NCBI GenBank assembly: GCA_002633005.1 | Contig: NMRA01000001.1 | Location: 562,625 to 626,624, forward strand | Direction: 5' to 3' | Length of the DNA: 64,000 nucleotides | Source: Phoronis australis | Lineage: Eukaryota; Animalia; Phoronida | Part shown: positions 10,373 to 46,700 of the stretch, in pieces | Layout: each line of letters starts with the position of its first letter | How positions within the stretch are numbered: position 1 is the first letter of the stretch | The notes under the pieces: model-generated | What the model saw: only the letters and a program-made list of their open reading frames with translations | What the model was told of the DNA's origin: nothing | The model's database searches: none | Made by a program: the position numbers and the translations under genes

Positions 10373-13300
10373 ATTTGTCATCACTTCGTCCGGGCGTCTG
10401 TGTGTTTGCTCGATATCTCGAAAATCCCAGCTGGTTGGATTTTGACTGAGATGGGGCACAAGGGTGTTGGCCATCCCTGAAACGATTATTGCCACTTTTC
10501 AGTCTTTCCCCACCCCTTGCGGTCGGTGGCCGTGAGGAAGTTCATTTTCAGTATCTGGAGAACGGATTGACTGATTTCAATGAAACATCAAATTGTGCTC
10601 AAGCGTCTCGTAGTGACGATTTTGGGGAAGAGAATCTGCGAATGATGTATGGATTTTAATGAAACTTGACACAGAGTTATATGATGTTAAAGCGCTGGCA
10701 CCATGAAATTTGCTAGCGGATTTGACCACTGCAGCCCCTCCTAGTGGCCATTTCCTTCTCGGCAAGGGGCTTTTCAAGTGTTGTTAGTGGCCGATGAGCG
10801 TTTCCAGATTCAAGAAACATGACTGACTGATGGATTTTGATGAAACTTGACACAGTTGGATATGATGACAATGTGCAGTAACCATTTGATTTGTGGATGG
10901 ATTCAACCACTGTAGCACCTCCTAGTGGCTGTTTTGGGGAAGAGTATTTACGGATGATATCTTTCGAACCAATTGATGGATTTTAGTGAAACCTTGACAC
11001 AGATTCATATGATGTCAATGAGCCATCACCGTTAAATTTTCAGGCGGAATTGACTACTACAGCACCTCCTAGTGGCCATTTTTTTTCAAGGGTTTTCATA
11101 TTTTGTTTGGGGGAAGAGCAAAACTGGATGATATTTGAATATGATTGACGGGTGTCAACAAACCTTGGCACAGACATATGTGATAATGCACCAGACCCTC
11201 CATTTTTTGGGTGTTCTTGTCCATTTCAGCATTGTGACTAGGGGCTTTTCAAGTGTTGTTTGAAGGAAGAGTGTTTCTGGATTGTATCTAGGGAACCAAT
11301 TGACTGATTTCAAAGAAAGTTCTGACAGTGGTATATGATTACCATGTGCCGACACTATTTTGTTCTTGACAAGAGGCTTTTCATGTGTTGTTTAAGGGAA
11401 GAGTGTTACCGTATTAGATATCTATAGAGAGCTGCAGTTGACAGATTTCAATGAAACTTGACTCAGCGGTATATGATGACAGCTAGTGTGCTCAAACCAT
11501 TTGATTTTGTGATCATTCCACTACAGCAACACCTCCATGTGGCCTTCAGAAAAACATCATATGCGATGCACCTTGAGTGCATGTGAACACTGTAGTACCT
11601 CAACGTTGCTCTTCAGTGTTTATCGTGCTGTGTTGCAGGTTGTAGCTTGAAGTGGTCCAATTATACGGAGCAGATTATACTGCGTGTGTTGAACTCAGGC
11701 ACCATCACATGTGGTGTGAACAAATTAGTGTGTTTTGCACAAACTATTGGGAGGAGGCTACGAATTCAGAAACTATAATGCTTAGTTGACAACCTCTTAA
11801 ATTCCAAGTTTGGGAGTTGGCAGATCCCATCAATGAGTCGACCTTCCTGATATGATGCGCTGCATGTCTATCCAAGTTTCTAATGCCTTGTTTGAATACA
11901 TTACCCTTAAATCTATACACAAATCTTTTCAAGGGCAGTGTTATGGCTTTGTACCATGCACCTGCTGCCTTAGTATTTTTACCGCTCAGACTAGACTCAT
12001 GCTTTGCCACCACAGGCACTAACGGTGCAGAAATAAACCTCAAAACTTAAGCCGGGCTCATTTTCTTTGCATTTACAGTGACACCCGAGCTAATTCCGGC
12101 ACCCGGAACAACTTATGCACTACTGTTTGAAATTGATAAAACTGGAAGCAGTTGGTTTAGTTTGCCCTGGCACAAGTTGCGTTTAAACGCCAGTGCAGTG
12201 TTCCTGAACAATATGTTTCTTGAAATATTTGTCTTTTGAAAGTTAACAGGATACAATGTATGTGCTTTTAACAGTGCTTTCAGCGAGGCGTCGTCCATCC
12301 TCTGCCGAATCTGCCATGACACCGAGAAAAATGAGGACCTGATCTCGCCATGCCGCTGCAGTGGCACCATGGGGTTGATGCACCGAACTTGTATAGAGAA
12401 ATGGCTGAGCTCGTCCAACACAGACCGCTGCGAGATCTGTCATTATGTGTATAAGGTGAAACGTGAACCGCTACCAGTTGCAGAGGTCAGTGGGTGTAAC
12501 TTGCCCTCCAACCTTTATGTATTTTCTAAAAAGGAGAGAGTTCGAGGTGATTGTATTTTTCTCTGACTAGCTTTCTTCAAATTGCGCTGCCTGCAGTAAC
12601 TATTCCTTACACACCTCGAAGAGTGATACGCAATATTACCGCAGTACTTCTTTCAGGTAGTGAGTTCACAAAGAAGTAAATATAATGGTAAAGAATGTCC
12701 CCTTATCATGTGATCTGCGTAACGTGCCCAGGGGCCCCGTTTCATGAAAGCTGACTTAAAAGAACAAATTCGGGCTGTTAAATCTGATTTTGTGTTCACG
12801 ACACGGTCTCTTCTGAATTTTCATCCTCGGTGTTAACTTAGAAATCAAGTTGTTTTTTGTGATAAGGTGAGCATACAAACTGCGCTTTTGCCACCTGTTG
12901 TGAATTAAGCGAGGCAGTCAGGTGTGTGAAATACAGTCTCAACTAAGAAAAATCTTGGTCTTACAAATCTAAATGGGGATTTACGTACATTTTGGATACA
13001 ACTGGTATCTAGTTTGCTTTAGAAGACCCTGGTATGACTGGAAAAATTCATTTCACATGCACCCATAAGTCACGTGCGGCCTTTGCCAGTTCTCAAATCG
13101 AAGGCAGACAATCTTCAATTTGACACTGTTTAGAGTAGACACTAGATTGTAAACAAGAATCTGAAATTTTTTCCTTAACAGTCCAAAGTTTTAGTCATTG
13201 TTAATTTTGGTCATTTTCAATTGTGGTCTTAAAAATTAGACATTTTGGTCTTAAGTTAGTCTGATTCCAGTCTAAGTTAAGACAGAAAAAGTTTAATGAA

Positions 13301-16300
13301 ATGGACCTCAGGCCTAAAAGACTGACATTTTCACGTGAAATTCTGTTGAAACACTGGTTACCCAAGATTCTGCTGGCTGCCCTCAGACAGGATGTTCTAG
13401 ACTTACAGATTCAGGTGTGGTAACCCTTGAATAAACTCTGCTCAATTGAAGGGACATTATGAATCGGCCATATTTCTTCTTTTCAGAGGCTTGCTCAAAA
13501 TTTTACCAAATAATTTGTTTGTTTAAGTTACGCCATACAAACCATGCTAAACGCAAAGTAAATCTTTTTTTTTGTTGAGAAATTTCACAAAATGAAATTT
13601 TGCCTGTTCTCCACGTTTGTATAACTTGTCACGTGGGACACAATGAACTGTCACTACCGTGAGATCTCTCTTGTCATCTGAGTCTGGAACAAGTTTGGAG
13701 ATGGTGATTACAAGCAGGGGTGGATCCAGGATTTTGAGTTAGGGGGGAGGGGCAGGGCACAGGAATGACCAAAATTTCGGCAGATGCGCGCGCCTAGCCT
13801 AAAATGCGGGGATGCAGGGTCTTGAACTGCTGTGTTTGCGGACCCTTTGACTACAAAAAACAAAAAACATAACGGTAAACGGGGTTAGTTCGGGGCTTAT
13901 GCATTGTTTATTCACCCCCTGGTTGCGCGTACCCGAACTCCCAAATGGTATCTGGTAGAATTTTAGGGGGGCCATGGGCCCCTTGGCCCTTCCCCCCTAA
14001 ATCTGCCATGAATGACAAGTGGTCTAAATTGGGTTTATATTATTACAAAGAATTATGGGAAACAGTCACTTATGTGAGCTCCAGATTTTGGGAATCAGTT
14101 AGTGGACTGAGAAAACTCAGGTGCTCAAAATGCGACATCCCTGTAAATGGCCATTACCGAACACGTGTCTACGGTAATTTTTCACTTATTTAACATACAG
14201 TGTGGCCGACAAGTGGAATTTCTCCACAAAATTAAAGATTAGGAAAATGTTTAGACTATCATTTGTTCGGTTCGTACTGTGTAGATGTCGTAAAACAACT
14301 TTTGATAAATTTTCCAATAATGACAATTTTGTCAATCTTTGGGAAAATGCGGAGTGGAGAATTACCATGATTTGCTACAAATATCTTGTTGCAGTGGTTC
14401 AGGAACCCCTCGCGTCCAACGGACAAGCGCAATCTCATCGGGGACATTGTCTGTTTCTTCTTGCTCACACCATTGGCAACGGTGAGCATCTGGCTGTGTC
14501 TGAGCGGTGCTATGCAGTACACCAGCTGGGAGACTCAGTGGGAGGCCTCGGGACTGGTGGCACTCTCTATGTTTCTACTTGTAATCTACCTCGTCTGGTG
14601 CCTGGTGAGTTGGGTGGCAGTTTCTAAAAGGCACATTTCTGTCAGCCTTACCTTATGGGTTTCATGCAGGCGCCAGCAAGTGGCAATTTCAGCGCACATT
14701 TTTAGTAATTGTACCCTATTTTTTAAGTTTCCTCAACATTTAACTGTGTCTTGCAAATGCAGTTTTAAAAAACTTGACAGAGAAAGAGCTATGAAGGGTC
14801 AGGATCAACGTTTAATTGGCCGTTTAGAAAAGTTTGTTTGCTTTTTACTGTATATTTCAGACAAAGGACTACAGTGGGATTGCTCCTGTTTGTTTGTTCA
14901 AAACTTCGAATGAAATGGATTTTGCCGTATTCAAATGAAATTTCTCATTTCTGTGTACTATCCAACTTGTGCGAGTTTGCTGGTATTGTGGTGTTTTTGT
15001 TTGTAATCTTCTAAAAAACTCCAGAAAGCCATGGTTGTCAATATCTTTGTTATTTTTATCTCATTTGTTGCAGATTAGGTTGCATACCACCAGAAAGCAT
15101 TTGTTTCAAACAATACCACTTGACATCACAAATCCTTTTTTTAGTTTTTAACCAGCCAGAAATCCTGCTGTTAAACATATAGCTGTGTGTTTGAGAGTAT
15201 AAGTAGCAAATTTGGGGTTTTATCAAGTATTCTTAACAATGTGACCTTCTCTTGATCTACCGGCATGTAAAAACTCACAACAGTTTTTAGACGCGTTCAC
15301 TCTATACTTTCAGAAAAATTACAGATTTGAGTCATCGAAATCAGAGATTTATCTCGCTTTTTGTGAACAGACTTGCACTTGTATTAGAGATCACAGCGTT
15401 CACAGTTGCATGGTGACTTGTGGTGTAATAAGGCCTTTGGTTTCACATTGCTTCAGCGAAGATACTTTACACAAGTTAATCTTTTTATGAGAAACTGAAC
15501 TATTTTTGGCACTTTCCATTCTTTTTTTGTTTGAACTAAAGATAAGTGTATACTAGTCTATTCCCAAGTATGGTCCATGCTTGAGTTTCCAGTCCACGTT
15601 TGCACCTGACGATCCCCAGATTCAAGCTACAAACTGGGAAATACTTGAGATTTGAAGTAGAAACTCGAAATTTTGAGTTCAGACTCTGAATTTTTAGTCT
15701 TAATGGCTGGGTCATCAAAGTGCAAACTAGGATAAGATATTTAATCGAGCATACAGTAATAGGCATATTGAGTTCGAACAACAGTAGAATAGAAATCCCA
15801 AAAATAATTTCAAGTTCAATTTTGCATAAAAAGTTTAGACCCAGGGCTCTGGGTCTGTTTTTTTTAACATCCTACATGTATCTGTTGGCATGTAAAGTCA
15901 CAATTGCAAATGATATTGTTTGAAAGTGTAATAAAAAACTTTGTGATGATGTAATGACTACAATTTGATGATAAAAATAGACCGTATTGCAAGAGACCTA
16001 AAACGTGTTAACAAAGCCTAAATTTGCAACTTGGTACGTGCTCTTCGGAGGATTAGAAATCGTTGGTCCTTTTAATCATGTGACTACTCAAGTCAAAAAT
16101 ACAAAGTTAACGTTGAATTATATTGATATTCTGTCGGTTATATACTAAACCAGTCTGTTATTCCATCAGTGGTAGGGAATTCTTTTGTGAGTGTGTTAAT
16201 AAATTTCTCCACAGGTGGCGATTCGGTATCACTGTCGACTATACATGGAATGGAAGGAGCATAATCAGAAAGTACAAGTTTTGGACTACAATGCCACTAC

Positions 16301-16964
16301 GGATGAGCTATTTGGCAAAACGGAATCGCCCACCTGTTCTCCTATGCTGCTGCAAATGACACAGATAAACTGTGACAATTTGACCAATCCTGCGAGTTCA
16401 GACTTTACGTTGTCCGCGTTTGACCATAACTCGTCTAACAAGGAGCTGATCAAATTGCCTTCGTCTCAGCCGAGGGCTGGATTATTGAACTATGGCCGTC
16501 AGACATCTCGGGAGAACTGCTCATTTACCCCATGTGGTGTGCAAACAATGCAGTCGTCAGGGTGCCATTGTGGCATCCTCCCGGAAACCAGCAACGCCAT
16601 GTACATGGCTATTCCACAGAACCATGTGTCGCATTCGGCCATCTTAGTTGACTTATTTGGGCGTGGTAACGTGACGTCTGCAGGGCATCATACATCGCCG
16701 ATGTCATGTAATAGTCATAATGTCCTGATCCACACGCAGTCACCCACAACACGAAATACAGACATTGCCTCTGTACATATTTTTCCGCAACAGCGCAAGC
16801 CTCAACGACATGGTAACATACCTGCATCAATTTCCGATACTGCCGTTTGCGTTACACATTCGCCATTAGTGGCGACATCTGCCAACCCTAATGTAACACA
16901 CATCAGGTGGTGCGATCCACAGAGTTTGAGATGGACAAAAAAAATGCGGGAAACGTTCGTTTAA
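6589..16964 (+). CDS. MARCHF2: E3 ubiquitin-protein ligase MARCH2/MARCH3-like (RING-CH, 2 TM, C-terminal PDZ-binding motif); join(6589..6657,9840..10288,12275..12485,14395..14604,16215..16964), about 562 aa
   Basis: RING-CH CRICHD..LISPCRCSGTMGLMHRTCIEKWLSSSNTDRCEICHY; TM region DIVCFFLLTPLATVSIWLCLSGA...WEASGLVAL; IRYHCRLYMEWK..NQKV; terminal ETFV*. All five exons join in frame at GT/AG junctions. MARCH2 and MARCH3 cannot be told apart (likely co-orthologue). Confidence 0.9.
9840..10288 (+). CDS. MARCHF2: MARCH2/3-like exon 2 (low-complexity N-terminus; alternative ATG at 10017)
   Basis: Acceptor ttttctaaacccttcag; open frame; donor CAG|GTCTGT, phase 2, joining the RING exon as RSLLS-AFSEASSILCRICH. 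Confidence 0.7.
10305..11600 (+). mobile_element. Helentron-associated (HINE/DINE-like) non-autonomous element with internal tandem units, mostly ~150-180 bp
   Basis: 5' microsatellite, then ~7 units containing GATGGATTTTAATGAAACTTGACACAG..TATGATG; short 3' hairpin TGCACCTTGAGTGCA. Confidence 0.65.
10322..10370. repeat. (TG)n microsatellite
   Basis: Seen directly. Confidence 0.97.
12275..12485 (+). CDS. MARCHF2: MARCH2/3-like exon 3 (RING-CH domain)
   Basis: C4HC3 motif; acceptor ttttaacag; donor GAG|GTCAGT. Confidence 0.93.
12732..13308. mobile_element. MITE (Harbinger-like)
   Basis: GGGCCCCGTTTCATGAAA ... TTTAATGAAATGGACCT, flanked by CAG. Confidence 0.6.
13715..14010. mobile_element. 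MITE with CAGGGGTGGATC / AATCTGCCATG ends (hAT-like)
   Basis: Imperfect TIR with G-run/C-run subtermini; related single ends at ~7300 and ~23260. Confidence 0.5.
14395..14604 (+). CDS. MARCHF2: MARCH2/3-like exon 4 (two TM helices)
   Basis: WFRNP..DKRNLIGDIVCFFLLTPLA; acceptor ttgttgcag; donor CTG|GTGAGT. Confidence 0.93.
15540..15850. mobile_element. Degenerate copy of the 3538-3944 MITE family
   Basis: Shared internal motifs AAACTCGAAATTTTGAGTT, TGCAAACTAGGA, TCGAGCAT..AGTAAT and a 3' end GACCCAGGGCTCTG. Confidence 0.5.
16215..16964 (+). CDS. MARCHF2: MARCH2/3-like terminal exon
   Basis: VAIRYHCRLYMEWKEHNQKV...MRETFV*; acceptor tttctccacag. Confidence 0.9.
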   Translation: MAIRYHCRLYMEWKEHNQKVQVLDYNATTDELFGKTESPTCSPMLLQMTQINCDNLTNPASSDFTLSAFDHNSSNKELIKLPSSQPRAGLLNYGRQTSRENCSFTPCGVQTMQSSGCHCGILPETSNAMYMAIPQNHVSHSAILVDLFGRGNVTSAGHHTSPMSCNSHNVLIHTQSPTTRNTDIASVHIFPQQRKPQRHGNIPASISDTAVCVTHSPLVATSANPNVTHIRWCDPQSLRWTKKMRETFV

Positions 16965-18932
16965 GTTATGCAACTTTTCATTTAGGGGTAATGCTCCTTT
17001 TTGAAGGCGTTTTTGGTCAGTTTGGCATGTTACGTACTCCGAAATGTATTTTGTATTCTAGTAATTTTTTTTGAAAGTGATATTGAAATTCTTCATAGTG
17101 CACATGTGACACTATCAATGTAAACACCTTGCGGCCGAGTAGCAGAATTGGGGGTATTCCACTTTTATTGCTCGTTTCTGGCATCAGTGCTAGAGTCACA
17201 TTTTGGCTTGATTCACAAAGAACTTTGTTTTTGCATGTTGATTTCAAAAGACCCATTCTGTGTGAACGACACTCGACTGTTTACCAAACGTCTACAAATT
17301 TCTAAGCCAAAATAAAATGGCAAATTGTTTTAAAACTTGGCTGTTCCTCAAAATAGGCAAGCTTCTGGGCCGTGTCGCCTAGTTATGAGAACAGAAAATC
17401 AGGAGACAACATCTTACTCTGATCATCTAGCATGTTTAGCACTAATGCTTAGAAAAACGTATTTTTTATGAAAATGGACTAGAAAAAAATCGAACAAACT
17501 TTCAGATTAAGTAATATATGCCAAATTGATCAAAAGCACCTTCAAACATGTACGAAACTCCAATAAGAAGAATTTTACTTGTGTGGTGAGAAAACCGTCT
17601 GTTGTTCGAGCAGATGCATAACAAAGTAAATTTCTCCTACACAGATATTCGCTCTCCTATTTTTCACAAATCAGTTTTCCAAAGAAATCTGCATGTGGGG
17701 TACGTAGATGGCAGATGTCACTTCCGAGCAATTCATAAAGTAAAATGACGTCAAGTACGTAACTACATAACTACAGTTATTTGGTTTGTGAATGTGTTGG
17801 AAAGGGCAATTTTTGAGTCCTGCAAAATTTTGAAATACTTTAGTCAGAGAAATACCTGTATAAAAATGTCCATTGGAAACTGAAAAATGCTTTGAGCCAA
17901 CACTTGTGAAGAGATTGCGTAAAGACTATTTTTGCCAACTATGCTGATTATGCAAGTAGAACAAATATTAGTTTGAAACCAACTGGCAAGGCAGTGTTTA
18001 GCCAATGCCAAGTTTTCTCGAGATCCAAATTTTGAATTTTCAGATTTATCATCAGCCACATCTCCATGGCAATGTGATGTAAACGCGAATGATAGCCATA
18101 TTTTTTGTTTGGAATTTCTTGAACTTTGGTGAAAGTGGGATTTAATGTGTAACTCTAGTATTGTCTGAGATGAATATTCATTAGCTAAAATCTTGCAATA
18201 AGTAGAAATTCATTTTTTGTGCTTAAATGGATGCAAACCAGCATTTTGTGCCAGAAGCAAATTTTATTTAGAAAAATCACAGCCTTCAAATTAGCCTCGA
18301 CTTATTCTTAGATCAAATGAGAATTGATTTCCGAGTTTGCGGAAAACTGGCTGTTTGTTGTCTGTCTAGACCACACTCTGCGTGTAAAATGTCAAGTTTC
18401 GACAAACTAACGTGTAGAGCCCGATCTAGAGCATTTACAAACTGTGAGTTCTTGCACCACCCCGAGATCACCCCCAATTGACAAACGAGCAATTTTGAGA
18501 CCAACTGACAGTAAATGATTTAAATCAAAAGTTGTTTTTGCGATAGAAGGCTGGTTTGTCACTGCTTTAACTGACATTGTTTGTGGTTACTCGTTTGTCC
18601 TCGTATTTTTTATTTTTCTATTTATTTTCAAAGATTTGTGTTCAGATGTTAATTTGTTAACAAGGATAATGCAATTTAGTTTTGTGGGAATATTGTGTGC
18701 AATACGTTTATTATGTTATTTGTAACATTTCAAGTTTGTTGGCCTTGCAAATTTTATTAAATTTCCGTTACAAGATGTTGGATTTGTTCTAATTAACAGA
18801 CATGACATTTCCATAAATTTCACATGAGAATGCCATTGTTTTCACAACTAGATTCAGTAATAACCCTGCAGTGTGTCACATGCAAAAGTAAAAAAATGAT
18901 TAGATCAAAATTAAGTGTTAATTTCGAGCACT

Positions 18933-18970
18933 TTTATTCCAACGATATTTCAACATTCACAGCAAATAAA
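18933..18970. terminator. Candidate opposing polyadenylation signals (AATAAA on - at 18933-18938; AATAAA on + at 18965-18970)
   Basis: The hexamers sit where + strand composition switches from T-rich to A-rich between the convergent genes. Confidence 0.4.
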
Positions 18971-20693
18971 AACAACATCTAGGCAATAATAAAAACATGA
19001 GAAATACTTAAATCATTGTAAAAAGAGTTTTTCCTAAATTTGTTAATAATCACTATACAAAGGAACTAAACCAACTTTTTAACACCAAACAAGTTCTACA
19101 AACAATAGTTCATGGGACCTGTTTCTTGAAGAGACTATTGACCAAGACAGAAATGTGACTACAAATAGTTAAAACTCGATTTTTGTGTTGCTTTTCCCCG
19201 AAAGGTTTTGCCTTCTTTCTATTCAAGCAGACTAAGGATTTCTGTCTTTTGACTTCGAATTGTAAACACACTTTCTGATGTTTTGCCTCGGCCTGATTTT
19301 CGTGACTGCGATTTTATCCGAAAGTCGAATACGGCAACAAAATCCAATAGACTATTTGAGTAACACTGAGGCCCTAGATGTCATCAGGGTTCTTTGTTCA
19401 CAGATCCACTGAAGTGACTGCTTTGGACTGGAACATTGGAGATATCACAAGTATATAGTACGTGGTGCAAACAGTACTCTGACAAAATACGCGGTCTGGA
19501 TCGACCATGACGTCAGGTCAAGTGACCATTACATGGCATCATCACCCATTATGTCACCAGTCATGCAAGCTCCTCTGATGGTGCACTACACCTGTGCTTA
19601 GCCGTCATGATGGGGAATTCTGAGACATTAGACTGATTGTTTTTAGCACATACCGCACGCCCCCAATGAGACATTCTTGGGAATCTAGACATTTGAAGCT
19701 GGAAATTAAATCCACAAAAACTGGCTCACCTAGCTTAGAACGGAATTTTCAGAGTTACTAAGTCGAATTGCTCAGACATGTGCAAAATAAAACAGTATGG
19801 CCTAAGATCGCACCCACCAAGAGGTACAAAGTATTAACTCTGACTTGGCACTGGGTCAAGTACCATGAATTTCCAAAGTTGCCTTATCAAAGAAATATCT
19901 TAATTACAGCCGCAGTTCCAAGACCAAAACCCAGTCATGACAATGCATTCTGAAACTGTTATGCCAGTAGACAAAAATAATTTATAAGATAATTAGATAT
20001 AACATTTCAACCATCACAGTTTTGTGCTTACTTAACTCAACAAGAAGTCTGACGTAAACACAATTCACTCTACATACTATCCATAACACTAACCCTTTGT
20101 ATTCTAAATTGTGATCAGTGACCTATTTACAGTGGTGGAAAGCTGGGGCAACTTCATAGTCGGCCTGTTTCTGTCCTTTGGTCACTACAGGCTATTTGGT
20201 GTCATCAGTCCTTGCTTAAGCCTGCCCACTGGATTACTTAAACCATCTCGCACTACCTTGATGGTCCGTGTAGGAGGTTGAAGCAGGCTCCCTAATGATT
20301 GTCTTCAACAATCAATAAAAACGATTGGTCATCGCCAGGCTGAAAACGCTGAAAACGGTGAAATCGTCTCATGGCCACATTTCTGGTGTTCTCAGGTTAC
20401 AACTGAGACCATAGTTTTTGCACACAGCTACATTTCCAGTACAACAGCCGCATTGGGATCCAGGCAGAAATCTTAAGATACCAACTGGTATCTAATACAT
20501 AAAAAATCAAATTGTAGCTGTATTGTTACGGCCATAAACAAGGATCCAAACACAACAACATGAAGTAGGACACAGCTGTATCTGGCATCAGTTGTTGACA
20601 ACATTCTTAACATAACGAAGTAAAATCGAGCCACAGCCACACTGTCACTATGACAACAACATTCCTAACAAAAGCAATACACAGGAAGTAGAA

Positions 20694-43701
<23,008 letters not shown>

Positions 43702-46700
43702 CTGGAAGTAGAACATAAATTACATAAGTTGTGTTCAGACAAACTAAATCCAGGTTGTAAATATTTATTGTTATGTAATCCTTACCCTTTGCGCCATCAT
43801 TTAAAACTATTGCAATCCTTAAGTTTGTGGTTTTAGTTGCTGGTCTTCATAGCTAACACTTTCTAATTCATCCTAGTAAGGGCCATAGTGCACCGTTGCT
43901 TCCAACATTTTACAACAGCGCCACCTACTGAGTGATAACATTTTCAACTGTCCTGTTCACACTGACTCCTAACAGGGTTTTTGAGACAATGTCAAGTTCA
44001 CATTCAAAAAGTTTTAGTAAAATCGGCTAGGGGGTATTTTGGTAGGAATGTACCTTTCTTGCAAATGAAAATTTTACTTAAAAACGTGACATAGTAGTAA
44101 GAAGCATATATTTAGACTCCTGGATTTTTCTCCTTTCAGAAAACATACTTTTAATTGTTGACAAAGCATAGTTTTTCAATATTTGACTTAGAGTTGAGGT
44201 TAGTTATAAAGGTTTTAGAAAACCTTGAAACCGGCTTACAGGTATATTATTTTGACATTTTCACTTAAAGGTAACGTCAGTGAATTATACCGAGTTTATG
44301 TGCTGGTGAGTAAATCGTGAATTGGCATTATATGTGAATTAAGGCCACCGAAATTTAAAAATCTACTTGACTGCACTTTATATAAATGCACCTTGACAGG
44401 TAAATTTTATTAAAATCTGCAATCATGTTTCTATGGTCAATTAATTTATAATGATATCAGTTTGCAGGCTGTTGCATGATACATTTGCATAATTTATACA
44501 ATTAACTGCCACCATTATTCAAAATCATTTTGATGTTTCCACCCATGTTTTCATACGCAATGACTTTCATGAAATCAGTTCGAGACAAATTGTATGCCCA
44601 GGCCAAAGAGATTGTATTAATGTGCGAAAATGATGCAGAGTAAATTTCACAAGAAAAATTATGCGTCTAATGTTGAATATGTAGTCATCTAGCTCTCCAT
44701 GATATAAAAAGCCTCGGAATACTTTTGACTTACTGCGGGATTCAATTCTTGGGTGATTCGACTGAGTTTGCTCCTTTGGCACTTAGTGCATACGTGCACT
44801 AAAATAGGTTAACCAAAAAATGTCACGTGATTCTAACAATTGCTCGCTCAGTACTGAATGACATGCCGTATACAGAAAAAATAGGTCAGCCACAAAATAA
44901 AGCACCCATTCGACTTTGGAGGCTCTTAAAACTGCGAGGAAAATGTCTCAGAATAAATTTGATGAGCATTGCGAGGTTATGGTAGACTTTAGACATGGTA
45001 AGTATATTTAATTTCAACAACACTTTCATTCTTAGAGCAATGTAGATGAGGCCAACAACAAAATTTCCATGGCGACCACTGCCACTGGTAACGGCCATTA
45101 CTCCTGTGAGCTAGAGATTGTGAGTGAAATGTTCAAAAAAACGAGTAGAATAGGTAGAAATACACTTTACAGTGCACCATGCGACATAGGCCACACATCT
45201 CGCACTCAATTTTTATCATATACAAAAGTGTGGTTAAAGTTGCACTTAAGTGCAAGTTGTTCTAGGGTAGGCTGTGTGTAAACGGGATTTTAGCTGTGCC
45301 GTAAACAGTAATTTTCAAAGTAAACTGGATAATAGCAGAAACCGCGACTAAATATTTGTTTCTATTCAGCTACACCCCGTTTCAACTCCAGCTGAATCTC
45401 ACCAATATATCTCAGCATTTATAACAACACACAGTTAGTCGAAATCCCTTGTATTGCTTTGCAAGTCCACAAACAACAGATACAATCAGTACGGCAAGGC
45501 TCAATAACGCCACAATAAAAATACTAAAGGTTCAAACTGCCACAGAATACTAACAAGAAGTTCAACCAAGTTTAACCAACGAACTGACAGCGTTCTGGCC
45601 AAGTGTATCTAGTTTACTTTGAAAACTACTGTAGGTATTTCAAATGATAAAACACAGGCATAACACCTGTCAGGTTGGGCAAGTGGCTTCTTCAAGACAG
45701 TCACGTTCTTTTCTGGCAGTTCTCAACCTCCAGTGTTAACAGGCAACACAAGAATATCATATTTTAAACTTGTTAGTTTACTGTAGATTTTGGATGAGCA
45801 AGATATATACATGTGTGGTTTGAAGAGACTTGATGTCAACAAACTGTCAATCACAGCATTTTGCTAAATAGTTTTAAGTGCTTTGAGCTTAGGTGTGGGG
45901 ACAGTATTTTTGCCAAATTTGCTGAAAAACATACTTTGAGTTGAGTGGCTTGAACTTGTAATAAACAGGGTACAGCATGGACATACCCTGTAAACTCTGT
46001 TTATTTTGCTTTTATTTTGAATTTCATGCTATTTGTGGTCACTTGATTCCTAGAATGTTGCTAGAACCATGCAACCCCTTTCATGCAGTGCATCTTCACC
46101 CAACAATACCAGAAAACTTCACCAACTACGGACAAAAAATTATTTCCAAAGTCTCTCTTTTTGTTTTCAAAGTCTTCTAACATTATTGCAAATGATAACA
46201 TTTGCAAAACATTTTTAATGATACCAATATCACAGATCCTGAAATTGTTAAAGCAATGATTTGATGCTACATGTCGTTTATGGAAAAATGAGAAAATGAA
46301 ATTTCACTTGTCTGCCAAAATTGCGAGACTTCATCGGAGCCAATTATACAATGATCAAAATATTGATTTATGTGACAATTTCACACTCTTTATATCATGT
46401 GAGTTGGGTCTTGGCAAAATTTTTGAACGTACTACGGAACAGGCTTCTTAAGGTGTCGATACAATGCAATCTGCCAGATTTTCAACCCGCCCCCATCATC
46501 CAAGACCCAAAAATGTGTTAGACACAGCCATTATAAAAAAATAAAAAACAAAACACAATGAGCCAAATGTTTTCAGGTACCTCTAAAACAGAAATAGAAA
46601 CAAACACAAATGTTTGCAGACAACCAAAACAGATTATTTACACCATCTCAGCGACTAAAGTGCAAAAATATTCTAGTTTCATTTTAACAAATGAATATTC

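Noticed and set aside
10070-10495. ORFs with (HT)n / (CV)n runs
   Set aside because: Microsatellite translations
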